A stretch of DNA of 64,000 bases. It comes from Proteromonas lacertae. Taxonomy: Eukaryota. The stretch spans positions 310,001-374,000 of the forward strand of contig NGBS01000873.1 of NCBI GenBank assembly GCA_002245135.1, read 5' to 3'. Shown in pieces: positions 35,030 to 48,985 of the stretch. The translations under genes were made by a program, and so were the position numbers. Each line of letters begins with the position of its first letter. The first letter of the stretch is position 1. The notes under the pieces are model-generated. The model was not told the origin of the DNA. It did no database searches and saw only the letters and a program-made list of their open reading frames with translations.

Positions 35030-36266
35030 TTATAATAATTCTTTGATGTAAAATCCAAACTTATTAATGATATTAAAATCATTATAATCACCATACATGG
35101 CAATCACGTTTGAATTAATTCTTACAGCAGTTGGTGTGGAATGATAAGTAAGACTTTTAAGATGTCTCCTTCTATTAGTAACTAATGAGACATAGTTAAA
35201 ACATTCAACTTTTTTATTTAATTCATACATTATTTCCATAATATACTCACTATCATGTATTTTATACTCTACAACTTCATCTTTTCTTATAGAAAATGAA
35301 ACTATATCATTATATACTAATGATATGTCAGTTACACATTCTGTATTAAAATATATTCTTACTGCTGTAACAGTTACATTTGTTGTGTGTATTACTTCAT
35401 TAAAAGTGTCAAACGGATGATAAAGAGTTTCATCTTTACAAGACGATAATAAAATAGTTTTTCTATATTCTATATGTTGACTGTAAAGATGCCTCAAATA
35501 CTCATCTTCTATTATTTCAAATTCCTCATTTTGTGGAGTTTTCCACTCAATACTGATGTAACTATATCTATCATCATTTCCACTATATATAATTTCAAAA
35601 GAATAAAATCTTGGTTCTTTAATTGCAACTTTGTATATACCATCCTTTATAAAATCTATAGCAGTATTGTTGTCAAAATAAAATGATAAATTCCCATTTG
35701 CAAGAAAATGAAGCTCATAATCACCACTTATTTTGAAATTTAACGAAGCTTTCATTTTACTGTAAATATTATCAACGATACATGACATATATTTACAATC
35801 ATAGAGAGTTTGATTCAATACTGTCATGTAATTAATATCTTCTTCTTCAAAACTATTCGCTTTATTAGAAAAGCTAGCTAAAATACCAAAACTTGTTTCT
35901 GTTGAAGATGGATCTATAATGTCATAAACTAAATTGATTTGGACCTTACTTCCATGTAGCAACCCATATATCAAAGCAGTTTCATTCATTACAATTTTTG
36001 ATCTTGTTGCAGTTCCTCTAATTGCGCCTGTTAATCTATCTAAGACAATGTCATCAGGGATATTTTCAGCTGTAAATGTTCCAATAAAAATGCTACATTT
36101 TGGTGGTGGGACATAGTTTGGATAATACTTCATAAAAGTAACTCTATCTGCTTTGTAATGACATTCAACTCCATTATAACCTTCACAGTTTACTATAAAA
36201 TAAATAATTACTATAATATATACCTGTAATCAGCAAACAACAAAGCAATAAAAGAGTAAAGCTCAT
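35030..36266 (-). CDS. Secreted protein: He_PIG/Ig-like + PA14-like + jacalin-like domains
   Basis: Signal peptide MSFTLLLLCCLLITV after one intron. IPDDIVLDRLTGAIRGT is He_PIG-like; SGDYELHFLANG...ISIEWKTPQNEEFEII is PA14-like; SEYIMEI...VSLVTNRR...VIAMYG...INKFGFY is jacalin-like. Confidence 0.7.
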
Positions 36267-36404
36267 TAATAATTAGAGATCTTATTTAAATAAGAAATCG
36301 ATATACTACGAAGATAGTCCAATTAAATGAAGTATTTAAGATTTTACGTAAAAATATTGGATTTTCAATGTGGTGCGAAAAACTAACCAAAAATTTATTT
36401 TTTA

Positions 36405-39400
36405 ATGAAATTTACAGTGTTGTGTGTTATCTGTATGACTAATATTGTTATAAATGAATAGTACTATATGTTATGCCTTCATTGTGTGTTGGTAGTTTCA
36501 AGTATGAGTATAGTTATTTTCATTTGAAAGTTGGAGAAGAAGCTACAATCAATAAACCAACTGATTTAAAAGGAGGTCTATATGTTGTTGATAAAAAATT
36601 ACCAGAAGGTTTATGGCTTGACCCAAACAGTGGATATATTTCTGGAGTTCCAACTGCTGAATCAAATAGCTATTACACCATAACATATAATGCAGGAAAA
36701 GAAGATGCTGCTGTTTGCAGATTAAAAATTGTTTGTATGTTTAAATCCTTAATTTTCCTAGGCATGTCTGCTCTAGTTATAAATTGTGGAGTTTCTAAGC
36801 TAACAACTGTTTCTCTCATCAATACACTTTTAGTTTGTAGTTCCACAAGTGAAATTCCTGAAGATGGTTGGTCAATATCCCCCAAAGATGTGAAAGGTAT
36901 TATTCAAGATGGTCCAAATTTGAGATTTAATAATTTCAATCCTTATACTACCATGAATATAACTATTGAAGCTACAAATGCTATTGGAATTGGTATATTT
37001 GAAATAGAAATTGTTAAAGTTGAAAATCCTGGATTAAATAATGGTATTTATGTTAGATTTAATGATTTGGAAACAACAAGATGTGGTGATTATTATGATG
37101 GTATATCTGTTTATGATTTCTATGAAGGTGCAATGAATGATTTATATGGATTAATTGATTTTGAACAATGGAAAAGTAAGATGGGAATATCTATTTCTAG
37201 AAAAGTAACATCATTCAATGGTACAATGGATGGATTTATTGATATTGAAACAGCTGGTGAATATACATTCTATATGCAAACTGGTAATGAAATGAATGCT
37301 AGAGTGTTTATTGATGATGTAGAAATATTATCAGATTGGAGTGAATGTAAACCATTTAATGAATCATTACAATCATCCAAAGTGAAACTAGAGAGTGGTT
37401 TAAGAAGAGTATTAATTGAATTTATGGGAGGTGAAGGATTAGATTTCCATTTTGTATTTGACTATTCAACACCAGATAGTTCAACAAGAAAACCAATTCC
37501 ATTTAAATATTCCAAATCTTATTTTGATCCAGTGACATTCTTAACTGCTGATTCTTTAGAAGTAAGTTGGTTATATGATGCTTTCAGTTTAACTCCACTT
37601 CATGTTTCAAGAGGTGTTCCAACAAGTTGTTGGATTACTAATAATGCTCAATTACCTGAAGGATCAGAAGTAACAGTTGATGGTATAAAAGGCCATCCAC
37701 AATATGTTATGGAACAAACAGAATATAAATTGAAATGTAAAAATGGAGATAGTGAAACAAATGAAATAACAATAAAACTTCGTGTAACAAAGAAAACAAT
37801 AGAAGGAGTTCGATCTTATTATTATAAACCTCATAATTTTGATACAAGTTTATTTACTAAATATGGACCAAATGTAGATGGTTTAGAAGCATCTTACATT
37901 CAAAAACAAGATCAGCCGTTTATAGAAGAAACACAAGAGAAACCTCATCCTGAAGGATTGAGTATCGAATTTCTTGATGATTATGGTGTTTATTGGGAAG
38001 GCTATCTTCATGCACAAAAAGAAGATATTGGTATTAATACTTTCAAAATAAATGCCGAAGGTGGTTATTGGATTTATATTGATAATAAAGAAATATTATC
38101 TAAACCAGGAAGAAATAAGGTAGATAATCCAAGTTATTTTGATTATGAATTGAATGATGATTATTTGTTTGTTCAAATCTATTATGTTTCCCATTATGGT
38201 TATTCATCATTCACAATTTCCAAGAAGTTGATTAGTGAAACTGAAGATGATTATAGTAAAGTTCTTCCATTTAGATATGTTCCAGTAAATGATTATTTTA
38301 TGATGAGTCAAAGTACAGCAACTTATCTAAAAGGTCAAGTAGTAGAAAATAAAGCAATTCCAGTTGAAGATTTTGATTGTAAAAATGTAAAAGTTAATCC
38401 TCCATTACCAGATGGTTTAGAAGCTCATTGTTCAAATAATCCATTCAATCCCGTAATAATAGCAGGAACTGCAACCAGTGAAAGGTTTATCGAAATGAAA
38501 GAACATACAATAACAGTAACAAGTTCAAAAGATAAATCTGTTTCAACAAGCATTTATATTTCTGTAAAACGTATATATAATTATTAGTTATAATTGAATA
38601 TATAGCTGTTGAATCTCCATCTGGTTTTTATGTTTTAGATCTTCAAAGTGGAAAGAAATATAGTGATGAGATTACTTTAGTTGTAGGTGAATTCTATGAT
38701 CTTCAATTCCATGTAGAAAGTGGATATGTAATTTCATTTGGAATAGAGAATATTCCAGTTGGATTCTCATACAATTGGGAAAGTTCAACACTTTCAGGAA
38801 GTGCAAAAAATATATTAGATGTAGATATATTAGTAAATGCAATTTTTGGACTTTCAGATGGTGATAGTAAACTATTTACATTTAAAATAAAAGTAGATGG
38901 TGGATGTGAAAATGGGGTGAGACATGTATTTCATTTTAGTAATGATTTTGTTGATAATGGACAGTATTTAAAACTTACTGTAAGTGCATCAAATGATGAT
39001 GTTGTATATGATGTGTATGAAAAAGAAACAGTTAGTTTACCTCGTAGTTACAGTAAATGTCTCCCAGAAGATACCTATAAAATCTATGTAAGTGTTAAGT
39101 TTGATTATTATTTAACAATTTATAATAATGGTTTAAGAATTTATAGACTACATGCTAATTATCCTAATGCTGAATCTCAAAGTGTTATACTAAACACAGG
39201 TATATATATAATTATTGTAAATATTATAATTATTATTTGTAATAGAACCTGTTTTACCTAAATTCCATTATACAACAAATAATGTAACATATTATCAAAA
39301 TGATGAAGTACTTTTAATTCCAAAGATTGAAGCATATATTGAATATTTCACCATTACATCTTCTACATTACCAAAAGGTATTATATTCAACAACATAACA

Positions 39401-42400
39401 GGAAGAATATATGGAACAGCCGAAGAAGTAACAAAGATAACAAATTATAAGATTACAGCTCATAATGATAAAGGTGAAGTTAGTGTAGAAATGATAATTC
39501 AAATTCTTCCAGATACACAAGAAGATGATTGTGAAAATGCTGAAAAATTCTTAGTTGGATTGACATTATATGTTGGGGATAATTACGATATACCTGCTTA
39601 TCAGTTAATAAATTCAAAAGATGAAGTTGTGTTTGAAAGATCAAAGAATTCATTTTTTGGAAGCACCATTGACAGAGTAAAGATGTGTATAACAAAAGGA
39701 TTATATATTTTGAGATTAATTAACTACGGTGATATTTCACGATACTATGATTCAAATATTACTATTTCTGCTGGTAATTCAATTATTGGAATGTACACAT
39801 TGTTTAATTCTGATAATGGCGAAGTAAATAAAACATTTGACTGTATGTAGGATTATATTATTATTATATATTACTAGGTAACTATCTTATTGATACTCAT
39901 ACTGAATGGCAAAATAGTCAACAATATGTTCCAAATTGGGAATTTAAGAATGGATCAGTTTCATGGCCATCATCAACAATCAAAGCACTTCCACAAACAT
40001 CATTATCTAAACCAACATATTATTTAAGATATGCATTAACATTCTCTAAATATGATCAGTATGCAGGATATTTCATTAGAATTAAACATAAATCAGGTGT
40101 AATAGTTCGAGTAAATGGAAGAGTAATATTTCGAGATAATTTACCAGTTGGTGATGTCGATGAAAATACACCAGGAGATACTGCTCATGAAAGAGCAAAA
40201 GAAGAGAATTTCATATTGCCAATCGATGATTTAAATGAAACTGCAATAGTAACTTATGAAATTCATAAAAGTCCAAATGATGATAATTTCCCAAATGAAG
40301 ATAAATTCTTTATATTCCCTTTACATGGAGATAATGATGAAGATTGTATTGTATTATCACTTCATGGAGGAAGAGTGACAGATTCATCTAGTAAAAGTTA
40401 TGGTAAAGATGAAGATTCTACATCTAAAAATGCATTTGATCTATCAAATGATGCATGGGTAGATTGGTATGGCACTGTTGATGGTCATTCATATGCAGAT
40501 TATTCATTTGGTGAAAATAATCACTATGCTTTTAATCAGTTTACAATCACATCTTATACTAATACACCATATTGCTATCCAATAAAAGTATCACTAAGTG
40601 GTGTGACAGATACAGGAAAAGTTGATATAGTTTCATTAGATCCAGTTAATTATATGAATTTGAAGACAAAATCTCCTGGAAAAGCTTCATTCAATGTAGA
40701 TCCTTATACATTATATAATAGTTTAAGAGTAGATATACCAAAATCTAACCAGTATGAATGGAATGATAAACAAATGGAAGTAGAAAAAATAGGATATCAT
40801 TTATGTCGTACTAAGAAATGTCCTATTAATTCTATAGCAAATCTTCCAGAAGGAATATCAAACACATTCTTTAAAGCGAATTGTACAACTCCAAGTATAT
40901 CTGGTGAAAGATATTTCTACTGTTCAAACCTTGGTGTTTGGATTGAAGTAAATACAACATGCAAAGAACCGCCTAAATTTATCAATTCAGAATTAACTTT
41001 TACTTTTGAAGCTGGTATTCGTTATCATCAAGAATCAATATATGAAGTAACAGGAAATCCAACATATTATTATTTTAACTGTCCTAGTTGTCCATCAAAT
41101 AAATTTATTCCTGATATGATATATGATAAAGACAGTGGTTTAATAAATGGAACTCCACTAAAAAGTGGGACATTTATAGTAACATTTACAGCTTGGAATA
41201 AGTATGGATCAGATGAAATAACAATGACAATTATAATAAATCCAACCAATAAAGTAATTGTGTATTCATATATAGCAATTTTTCAAGCTGCTGTTTATGA
41301 AGAATTAATACATTATCAATTATTTTGGGTAGAAAGTACTACACCAGTAACATATAGTGTAGAGGAACTTCCACAAGGTTTATACTTAAATTCATCAGCT
41401 GGTTATCTTTATGGTAAAGCAGTTACACCATCTGATAAAGATTATTTATTTACAATAAAAAATACAGCAGGTCATTTTGCTGCAAGAACAATTAGAATTA
41501 TAATCGCATTACCTTTTACACCAGTAATGGTTGAATCTGTAGATAAATTAGAATTAGTATATATGTATGATTATCAAAATCAATATCCAGTAGTATGTTA
41601 TGCTAAGGAATTAAGTTATAGTATTGATAAAGATTTACCTTCAAATTTAACTTATGATAGAACAACTGGTGTAATGAGTGGAAAAGTAACAGCTCCAATT
41701 CAATCAGCTGTTAATTATACATTCTCATGTTATGCTAATGGTGAAACAATTTCAAAAGTAATTCCAGTTTCAATAATTGAATCAGATAATCCAGTAATAA
41801 TAAGTCAAAATGAATCTGTTACATTAATAGCAGGTGAAGAATTATTCAATGCTCAATTCTTTGTAGTAAGTGGAAATAATTTAGTTTATTCAATCACTCC
41901 GACATTACCTATTGGAATAACAATGGATTCAAAGAATGGAAGATTTAATGGTTATGCCAAAACAGCTAATCGAAATACAACTTATGCAATCAATGTATCT
42001 AATGGAAAAGTGTCAATTCAATTGAAAATGTCAATCGAAATAATAAAAAGTGATAAACCAATAATCCCTGATTCAACAATAAAGAAAAATATAACAGTAG
42101 CAACAGGAACATTAGTATCAATTCAATTGTTTGATGTAATTGGAGATGGTTTATTAGTTTCAGTAAATCCACCATTACCAGATGGTTTTATGATATATTC
42201 ATCTGGTTATTTACAAGGAGTTTCTGTAGTTGATGTTGAACCACAAGATTATTTAATAACAGTAACAGATATGAATGGCAAATCAGCGAGTGTAACAATC
42301 ACATTAGAATTTATAGCAAAGAAATGTCCAGCAAATGGTGGTTTTCCAGAAACTTTAGTGGGAGATAATGCTATAATGAAATGTGGAGGAGGTCGATCTG

Positions 42401-42645
42401 GTTATATAATGAGAAGATGTATTTATGCCAATGGAAATGCAATCTGGCAATCTCCAATCGATGAATGTTCAGGAAGTATGGTTGGTGCATTAATTGGAAT
42501 AATAATTGGTTGTATAATTGGAGGAGGAGTTTTATTTTTAGGAAGTTATTGTATTTATGTTCGAATAGGAGGAAGAACAAAACATGTTCGAAAAACAACA
42601 GAGCATATAGTTGATGCTTTGAAAGATACAGGTGTAAGAATATAA
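36405..42645 (+). CDS. Giant (about 2000 aa) type I surface protein with He_PIG/Ig repeats, two PA14-like domains, a discoidin-like domain and Cys-rich hormone-receptor-like modules
   Basis: ATG at 36405 with a signal peptide. Repeated LP.GL.LD..SG.ISG.P motifs; GFIDIETAGEYTFY and VYWEGYL (PA14-like); CPANGGFPETLVG...C...RRC...W...C; TM GALIGIIIGCIIGGGVLFLGSYCIYV. Five short introns join the ORFs. Confidence 0.85.
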
Positions 42646-42760
42646 TCTGACTTAGATAAATATTATTATATTCATTTCATTTGAAATACATAACATAAAG
42701 ATTAATATTTAGCTAAAATTGTTACAAAGAAACAAAATTACATATAAGTATTACAACATC

Positions 42761-43921
42761 TTACAAATCATCAGTGTCATATTCTACATCACTTTCTATT
42801 TCATTTCTGTTGTTATGGTATGGATTAGAGTTGACATTTAATATATCAAATGATTTACTAATCGCTATATCATCTATTGATGCTAACAATCTAGATTTCT
42901 GTTTTTTTGAGGGTTTTAATGACCAACCTACTTTTAATTTTCTTCCGTTTATATAACTATTCTTCAATAACAAATAAGCAAAATTAGTAACAGCATGATT
43001 TTCAAATTCAATAAAGCAATAACCATGATTAGTAATACACATACCTTCAGGACTATGATCTTCTAAATGTATCTAATAAATAAATAAAAAACATAAAAAA
43101 AATATACTTTTAATGAAGAACTAAGTAAATGATTTAATGATAACATTATATCATTACTAGTCATTCCATAATTTAAATTTCCTATATATAATGTTCGATG
43201 ATCTTCTACATTGCTTGTACGGCATAAATTACCTTTGATTGGAATTCCAAATATTGTCAAAACTGGAGATAAAGATTTTTCTTTTTCTGTTGTATTTTCA
43301 AAATATAAAAATGCATGTCTATTTATAAACATAGAAGTAAATACGATGTAGTAGTTTTTTCTTTTTTACTATTATTATTATTATTATTATTATTATTGAC
43401 TGGATTTGAGAATATTTCAGCTGTTACTACCTTACCAATATGTTTAAACGATTCTTGTAAGTTTTTCAATGTTATTCCATTTGGTAAATTATCAATGAAT
43501 ATTTTATAACAATTTACTTTCATTTGGAATTCTTTCATATTCATATTTTCTAGTTTCTATTTCATATTATATATATATATATATACTATTCCATTGATTT
43601 CACCTCCTATATTTTGACTTACAAAATATGGCTATTTAATAATTATATATAATAATATACAACTCCTTTCTTTACATTATCATCATTATCTTTACTTATA
43701 TTATCATTATATTCATTCTTATTACTCTCTTCATTTATGTTGGATTTATTATTATTATCACTTTCATTCCACACATCAGATACTGAATGGTTATTTTTAT
43801 TTGGTTTATTATCATCTAATGATGGTAATGAATAGGCTCTTACTGCTCTTATAGTGATTGGTTGATCTTTCATTTTACGAGAATCTAATAATGTTTGTAC
43901 ATTTAATGTATACATCTAATA

Positions 43922-43967
<46 letters not shown>

Positions 43968-45227
43968 TACACATTTCTCTAATAAATGACTAATTAAATA
44001 GAAATGTTCTCCCATTATTGTCTTACAATAGTTTATAAAATTTGCACTATTAAATATATTTATATTCATGTATATATATATATATATACACTTGTTGTGG
44101 ATATTGTGGAGTATTATTAAATCTTTTTAATCTTTGAATAAATAAATTGAACTGTTTATCATCTAATAGAGTTGATAAACGAAATGATAATATTTGACTA
44201 TCTCTACTCAACGCACTTTCATCCTAAATAATATTATTCATATATATATATATATATATATTATACTGGTAAATTCTCATTGCTATGATATCTATATTTA
44301 TGTCTAACTGCTATCAATGTATGTCTTTCTGCATCTCTTTGTCTTACTTCTTTATTTGTCATTATATTAATAGTTAAATCAGGTAATGAGGATTTATTGT
44401 TTCCTACTAATACAGCTTTGATTAATTCGATTAATTCATCTTTCTTTTCATTTTCTTTTAATATACTGCCTAAATGTTCAAATAAGTTATTTCGATCAGA
44501 ATGACTTGCTTCATCTAATTGACCAAATCGGTTGAATAATTCGAATATTTTGTCATATTCTTCATCAGAACAAATACTATCTAATGTTTGACGTAATAAT
44601 ATTGCTCTTGATTCAAAACCATCATAATGAGTCATACTAATTATTAAACGTAATATATATATAAATACTCCCATAAATTGGATAAATTTGAAGCAGAATC
44701 TACGATTGATTGTAACTCTATTACTTCTTGTCTTACTTCTGCTGTTGGATTTGAATCTATAGGTTTACCAATCAAATAGGAATGTATTAATGGAAATAAT
44801 GTTGGTTTTAGTGGCTGTAATATTTGACCTATCTCTTTCATACTTCTTCTCAACTGCTGGTCAGAGATTGGACTTCTTAGGATTATAAACTTTTGAAACG
44901 CATCATATAATTGTTTTCGCTTTCTTTTTGATAAAAGGTTGTAAAATTTATCTGCCAGTTTGTCTGCCTCTTCATTTTCTTTGATAATCTGGTGAGGATC
45001 TGTCTGATAGGTTTCCAATTCTTCCCAAGGAGTTTTGTCTTTCTATTACATAGTAATTATACGTTTATATTTATTACATAAAGGAACATGTTGGGTTTTT
45101 CGAAAAAATGTTTAGGAAAAGCCACAGTGGGTAATACTGGAGGATTAGTGTAACATGAAAAAGTATCAGGTTTATCAGACATTTGAGAAACACACTTCAT
45201 AAACTCATATCCACTTTCTTCTGTCAT
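42761..45227 (-). CDS. Multi-exon protein with N-terminal helical repeats (PAH/harmonin-N-like) and C-terminal RRM domains
   Basis: Splicing links ATG 45227 through to KIFIDNLP...HAFLYF and TLYIGNL...HGYCFIEF...INGRKLKVGW (RNP2/RNP1). Each splice junction that was checked keeps the frame. Confidence 0.7.
43920..43964. repeat. (TAA)n microsatellite inside an intron of the RRM gene
   Basis: About 14 consecutive aat units, flanked by intron ends on the minus strand. Confidence 0.9.
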
Positions 45228-45470
45228 ACTATTAAAATTTATATCATAAAAAAATACATGGGATATGTTCCTATACGTCTATTCAAAATTCTAATTGTAT
45301 TTCTAATCACAGACTTCATATAGAAAAATAATTTAAAAGTATTTTGAAATAAATGTTTGATGTAGGCTTGAATATTCATTTTTTTAAAGTGATGTAAAAG
45401 GTAATTATTCTCAATAGATTTTGTAATATTTATCAATATTAACAATAATAGAATATAATAATAATTATTA

Positions 45471-48400
45471 TTATTGAATATTCAAGAATTCTTTTGATAA
45501 TTCAATCTTTTCTTCTTCTGATATCCCATCTAATTTGATAATTCCAATTGTTGAAAGTTCTTCTAAAAAGGATTTCAATTCTGAACGTCTAATATTCTCA
45601 TTTACTGTTATCGATAATTCATCTAATTTATAGAACGTTTCTATATTATCCTTTATTAATCTTAATTGTTCTTCATTTAATTCATTTCCTAATAGATTCA
45701 TTTTTTTTAATTCATAATATTTACTTAACCTATCTATTATCCCATTTAATCCTTTCTCACTCAATCCAATATCTATGTAAATATAATATAACCATATTGT
45801 ATTAATATAAAAAATACTTGAAAGATTTAATGATAAATCATCTACAAATTTATCTATATATTCACATATTATCTCTATTCCTTCATCTTTTATTTGGTTA
45901 TTATTATGTATAAAGAACTTTCCACAATATATAAGACAATTAACTAATTCTTTTAATCCTTTATAACTAATATAATTGTTCGATACATCAATTTTATTAC
46001 TACATATTTGTTTAATTAATGATATATGAGAATCATTGATATTCATATCTATTTCATTAAAAATGAATAATCAATACTTGAAAAGTCATAATCTCTTATA
46101 TATCTTTTCTTTTTAACACAATAATCCAAATAATAATCCAATTCTTCATTTGTCCATGAAGTAGATTTCATCTTTATAAATGGAAAGTATGGATCTTCTA
46201 ATGACTTTTCACAAATTGATTTTAATCCATTCATTTTGATATTATTACCAGCTAAAATTAAACTTTCACATTGACTAATTTCATCTTCTAACAGTATTAC
46301 ACTTTCATCATCTATTGATATGTTGGTTAAATCCAATTCAAATGATGAACTATTTCTAATTAACAGATATTCACTATCTAATAGTAATTTCAATCCTGCA
46401 TTACTAATTGGATTATCTATAAAACAATTATTAATAAATATATAAAAATATAATACCATGAATTATTATTTGTTGTATATTATCATTTTCTTTCATATAA
46501 CTTATCAAACACTCTATTCCTTCTACATCAATATTATTATAGCTTATATCAAGTTTGATTTTATTCCACAAATCCACATCGATCATCTTTAAACCCTCTA
46601 TTAAATACTTTAATCCAGTTGAAGATAATCCCATCTCTATAATACCATAAAATAACATAACTATACGTGAATAACTTGAATATCTACCTAATAACTGTAA
46701 ATGAGGAGACAATATTTTCATTCCTTCATCTCCTATTTCATTTCCGAATAATTGAAGTTCTACAAGATTTTGTAATGAAGATAAATTGTTAATCAGTATT
46801 TCTATACTTTTATATGTTAGTTTATTATCTAAACATTATAAACATAATAAATAATACTATTCAAGAAAAGCCATTCAATCTCTTTTAATTCATTTAATCT
46901 TAATGAAATGAATGATTGGAATATATCATCATCAATTTCTAAGTTGCTCAGATTTAGTTCATTATTATCCTTTTTGATATATTTAATCAATTCTGGAATT
47001 TCTTCATCAATTAGTAGTTCTTTACTTCCATTAAAATCAAAATCTATGTTAAAAATAGGAAATTTAGAGAATAAGTCTTTTAATCCTTTGGAATGAATAT
47101 TTACATTATCTGTAATATATATTCTTAAGATATTTGAATATTTATATAATTCTTCTGATAATAATATCATAGATTGATCATTTAAATTCATTCCTCTAAG
47201 ATTTAATTCATTATTTTCATGGATTAATAAATGCAAATATGGAAGCAATAATTTGAAACCTATTGGACCGATTGGATTATCTATTCCATAATAGTATAAT
47301 TACAAATAAATAGAATAATTAATACATTGAAGATTTATATATTTCAATTTCATAAATGGAATTGATTTCATAAATGATTCAACAAAATTATAAGCAAGAC
47401 TTCGAAATGATATATCTAATTGTTGAAGACTTTTTAATTGAGAAAAAAGAGATGCAAATAATGATTGAGATGACATTGGAATATAAACGTCATCTAAATG
47501 AATTTAAAAAATTAGACACATACAAAATTTTAATATTGTTTCATTGAATAACTTTAAAATTCTGAAGAAATAATTCATTCCTTCTTCACAAAAACAGCAG
47601 CATCTTTGATTAATTATCATTATGTTTTCATTAAAATAATCAACTTCAATATTAAATACCATTTCATCTAAATAACATTTTTCTTTACAATTATGATGAA
47701 TTTGAAATTTCAGTTTATCTTTTATAATATCAATATAGCGATCTTCTCTGTGTATATGAAAGATCAACAATATTGATAGTATTCTGTCATTTGGTTTATT
47801 ATTATATAATTTTATTAAATCATCTCTAATATCCTCCCATTTATTATATTTCAAATAATACTTTGCCTTAATATTGAATAGCGATATTTCTGTTAGATAA
47901 TCATTATTGAATAACATTTCTTTTCTTTCTTCATATATCATCAGAGAATCATTTTCATCTTTCAATTTCTCACTCATTTTCATCATTTCTTTTTTCAACT
48001 CTTTCAAACTCAATCTTTCTTTACTTTTCACTTTTAACATTCTTTCAGTCATCTCTTTCATCATATTCATCACATTCTACATCACAACTGTACTTACATC
48101 TCACAATATTCTCTTTTGTTTTGTTGATATTATCATCTTCAATGAATGGTAATTTCTTGTTTATCATTTCATATAAAATACTTCCAATTGACCAAATCAC
48201 ACTTTTCTCATTACATTCTAATCCATTCAACTCTTCTGGGCTTTTGAAATTTATATCATATATTTTCATATCTTCTTCTTTTCTTAATGTATTAATGAAC
48301 AAATCACATAACTTTACTTTACCATCATCTTCATATATTATGTTACTACTCTTTAAATTACTAACATCAACATCATATTCACTCATTATCATTAATATAT

Positions 48401-48794
48401 CGTATATTGAACATATCAAATTAGATATATCACTTCTTAATAATGTTTTACTGAAGATTACCTCTTCTAGGTCTCTAGTGTAGTATTCTCTCTCTAATGT
48501 AATGTATTCACCATGATTATTCAGTTGATGTATTTTGTAAGGATAAATGAAGAGTGTACAGCAATAAAATATAAACGAGTTATTTTCACAGAATATAAAT
48601 ATCTTCTTTTCCCTTATTCTTACTGCATTAATGATTTTGAATATTTTATTACCAGTTTTACATCGAACAACCAAATCTACTTCATTAACACTTTTTTCTA
48701 TTCTATCTTTTATCTAAATAATAGTGAATTAGAATACATCTATTTCAAACGGTACTATCGAGGATAATATATCATCTACAAATGTATTTAGCAT
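45471..48794 (-). CDS. Pseudokinase + RI-type leucine-rich-repeat protein, copy 1 (frameshift at about 48065)
   Basis: Kinase-like VSNLKSSNIIY, VKLCDLF, FKSPEE, IWSIGSILYEM and ERLSL, followed by LRRs (NEIGDEGMKILSPHL, NNIDVEGIECL). Inferred start 48794. Confidence 0.75.
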
Positions 48795-48985
48795 TTTTAA
48801 AAGTAATGTAACGGATATATTTTATTTATAAGTTTATTATCAACAATAATTTATGAAGAACAAATACAATTTCATACAACTGTTTTACAAATAAATAAAA
48901 ACAAGCAATTAATCACAACTATCTAAATCTATTCTAATAATATGATTTTCGACATTTCATTTTAACACTATAAGGAGATTTATAT

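Noticed and set aside
45239..45445. 68-aa minus-strand ORF between kinase-LRR copy 1 and the RRM gene
   Set aside because: AT-rich spacer composition, no motifs, and it overlaps the expected 3' UTR/promoter.
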